From the NCBI RefSeq assembly GCF_001194135.2, contig NC_068986.1, positions 52,971,612 through 53,023,810 on the forward strand: 52,199 nucleotides of DNA, in the 5' to 3' direction. Below, in pieces: positions 49,290 to 52,199 of the stretch. Each line of letters starts with the position of its first letter. Positions within the stretch are counted from its first letter, which is position 1. Made by a program: the position numbers and the translations under genes. The DNA is from Octopus bimaculoides (Eukaryota). Under the pieces are notes generated by a model that saw only the letters and a list, made by a program, of their open reading frames with translations, ran no database searches and was not told the origin of the DNA.

Positions 49290-49742
49290 AACAGTAACAA
49301 TAATAACAGCAACTATTGCTACAGTACGATTAATACCAGTCGCAGTAGCAATATTAGGAAAAGTGGCATTCTACTCATGGAAGGAGCGGATGGCGTTTCA
49401 TCGCTAAAAGTTCAAAGTTCAAAAAATTGCACCATTCTATAAATGCAAATGATAGTTAAAGTAAGAACAGCAACAGCAGCAACAACAACAGAAACAACAA
49501 AATTAACAGCAGCTGCAGTTATGATAGGAAAAGAAACAACGACAAAGTCACTGAAAGTAACAACGGTATGAGAGGCAGCAACGCCAGCTGGAGCGGAAGC
49601 AGTAACACAAGTAGCAAAAACAACAGCCCCGACCACAGCAACGATAACTCCAACAACAGTAACAACAACGAGTGCAACGACGAAAACAATAACAGGGACT
49701 GAACACAAACTAATAGCAACATCAACAGTAGCAACAAAAACA
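49290..49742. repeat. Degenerate (AAC/AGC)n cryptic simple-sequence tract
   Basis: Directly visible; the V/A/L-rich ORFs are its antisense reading. Confidence 0.8.
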
Positions 49743-50651
49743 AGTGTCCGTCGCTGGAGTAGCCTTCACTAGAGAGCTATACAGTCTGTCCCTAGAAGAT
49801 AAGCGGATGAAATTAATGGACTCCACTTGATTTGAAAAGTTGAGGACAGAAAAGCAGAGCTTGCGCTCTCTGCGAAAACTTTAGCTACCACTGCCAAAAA
49901 TATTGTTTCTATATATAACAACTCATTGCTTACAGACGGTCATGATCGCGCAAGTTGTAAGGACTCATCCGAAATATATGGCAGGACACCCAGCTTATAT
50001 TTGTGCGCCTTAAAGTCCAGGTGAAGCGTGTATTTCCTGCCAGAGTTACTCTCTGGCAGGAAAAACAACTGCAATCAGATATTCACGACCGAATCTGCCA
50101 AAACGTATAAAGAATGAATAGATACGCTATTGTTTGGATTTTAGTTATTTCCACCCCTTGAAACATCATAAGCATCTTTTAGAAAACTATAAACTAATTT
50201 TTAAACTTCCATCTGCTTAAACGATCAAAGGTTATTAGTCCAACCATCCCTGATAAATTTCATAAGAAAAAAGTTATTCAATCATACCACTATTAAGTTC
50301 TAGCTACAATATGAAATGTTATTATCCATTTTCTCACATAGTTCACACGCTGTATATCCTGATAAACATATCATAACTAAGCCCAATAAAAACTCCAAAT
50401 TTTCTCTTGTCTCCACAGTCGTGAACAGTTTACCTAAGGATTGAACTCAAGCTGTCAACTCTCATATGATAAATACCCTCTGTATACAACATATTGAGCT
50501 CTAAACCAGATTTTTACCTGTGCACGCGTGTGTATGTGTACGAACGCATGTGCTACCATTTATGCACCCATGTGTGTGAGCGCGAGCATGTATATGTAAT
50601 GTATGTATGTATGTATGTATGTATGTATGTATGTATAGATAGATAGGTATG

Positions 50652-50720
<69 letters not shown>

Positions 50721-50862
50721 GTGTATTGTGTGCATGTGTATGTGTATGTATATATCTATAAATACGTATATATATATATATATATACATATATTTATGTG
50801 TGTGTGTGTGTGTATATATATGTATATATATGTACATATATATGTAGAACAAAACCATGGTA

Positions 50863-51830
50863 NNNNNNNNNNNNNNNNNNNNNNNNNNNNNNNNNNNNNN
50901 NNNNNNNNNNNNNNNNNNNNNNNNNNNNNNNNNNNNNNNNNNNNNNNNNNNNNNNNNNNNNNNNNNNNNNNNNNNNNNNNNNNNNNNNNNNNNNNNNNNN
51001 NNNNNNNNNNNNNNNNNNNNNNNNNNNNNNNNNNNNNNNNNNNNNNNNNNNNNNNNNNNNNNNNNNNNNNNNNNNNNNNNNNNNNNNNNNNNNNNNNNNN
51101 NNNNNNNNNNNNNNNNNNNNNNNNNNNNNNNNNNNNNNNNNNNNNNNNNNNNNNNNNNNNNNNNNNNNNNNNNNNNNNNNNNNNNNNNNNNNNNNNNNNN
51201 NNNNNNNNNNNNNNNNNNNNNNNNNNNNNNNNNNNNNNNNNNNNNNNNNNNNNNNNNNNNNNNNNNNNNNNNNNNNNNNNNNNNNNNNNNNNNNNNNNNN
51301 NNNNNNNNNNNNNNNNNNNNNNNNNNNNNNNNNNNNNNNNNNNNNNNNNNNNNNNNNNNNNNNNNNNNNNNNNNNNNNNNNNNNNNNNNNNNNNNNNNNN
51401 NNNNNNNNNNNNNNNNNNNNNNNNNNNNNNNNNNNNNNNNNNNNNNNNNNNNNNNNNNNNNNNNNNNNNNNNNNNNNNNNNNNNNNNNNNNNNNNNNNNN
51501 NNNNNNNNNNNNNNNNNNNNNNNNNNNNNNNNNNNNNNNNNNNNNNNNNNNNNNNNNNNNNNNNNNNNNNNNNNNNNNNNNNNNNNNNNNNNNNNNNNNN
51601 NNNNNNNNNNNNNNNNNNNNNNNNNNNNNNNNNNNNNNNNNNNNNNNNNNNNNNNNNNNNNNNNNNNNNNNNNNNNNNNNNNNNNNNNNNNNNNNNNNNN
51701 NNNNNNNNNNNNNNNNNNNNNNNNNNNNNNNNNNNNNNNNNNNNNNNNNNNNNNNNNNNNNNNNNNNNNNNNNNNNNNNNNNNNNNNNNNNNNNNNNNNN
51801 NNNNNNNNNNNNNNNNNNNNNNNNNNNNNT
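50863..51830. other. Largest assembly gap (968 N)
   Basis: Other gaps: 3153-3497, 8218-8285, 12255-12621, 13255-13579, 28322-28894, 39644-39735, 40829-40838, 46799-46987 and 48267-48594. Confidence 1.
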
Positions 51831-52150
51831 ATATATATATATATATATATATATTCATGTGCATACGCATGAATATTTGCGTATGGAAATGATTTCACAA
51901 ACTCTGTGAATATATGTGCTTGTGTGCATGTATATGTACTCGGGCGTGCGTGTGTGTGTATGTGTGTGTGTGTGTATGTGTGTGTGTGTATGTGTGTATG
52001 TGCGTGTGTATGTGTGTTCCACTTGTTTGAAAGATATCATGCGCTAAAACCACTTGAGTTGGTAAGATTCCTCAAAAATAGCACACGAAGCAATTTGCCA
52101 ACTTAAACAGAAGCAAAAACACTCGAATTCCTTCACGTGGAATATGTATG

Positions 52151-52199
<49 letters not shown>

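Overview
AT-rich, repeat-saturated eukaryotic non-coding DNA from a short-read draft assembly (10 N-gaps, 3,265 bp in total, nearly all next to dinucleotide repeats). The SINE families and the extreme microsatellite load look like an octopod cephalopod (Octopus-like); this is my recognition, not a database result. I found no host protein-coding gene. The listed ORFs are microsatellite or gap artefacts, or pieces of dead transposons. The window holds: (1) about 19 copies or fragments of one tRNA-type SINE (family A) plus three other SINE families (B, C, D), two with a CORE-like motif; (2) about six decayed RT/restriction-like-endonuclease LINE segments resembling the R4/Dong clade; (3) a complete but dead mariner with TIRs and TA TSD, a second mariner 3' end, a mariner-type MITE and a long-TIR foldback element; (4) a 573-bp Penelope-like (GIY-YIG) insertion with an inverted pseudo-LTR and a 14-bp TSD. 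The most interesting items are a tRNA-like Pol III cassette just upstream of a minimal hammerhead-like fold inside that Penelope element, an intron-retaining tRNA-Lys(UUU)-like sequence fused to a SINE 3' tail, and a perfect 77-bp inverted copy of the Penelope junction. All protein motifs were hand-translated across frameshifts, and boundaries of decayed elements are approximate.
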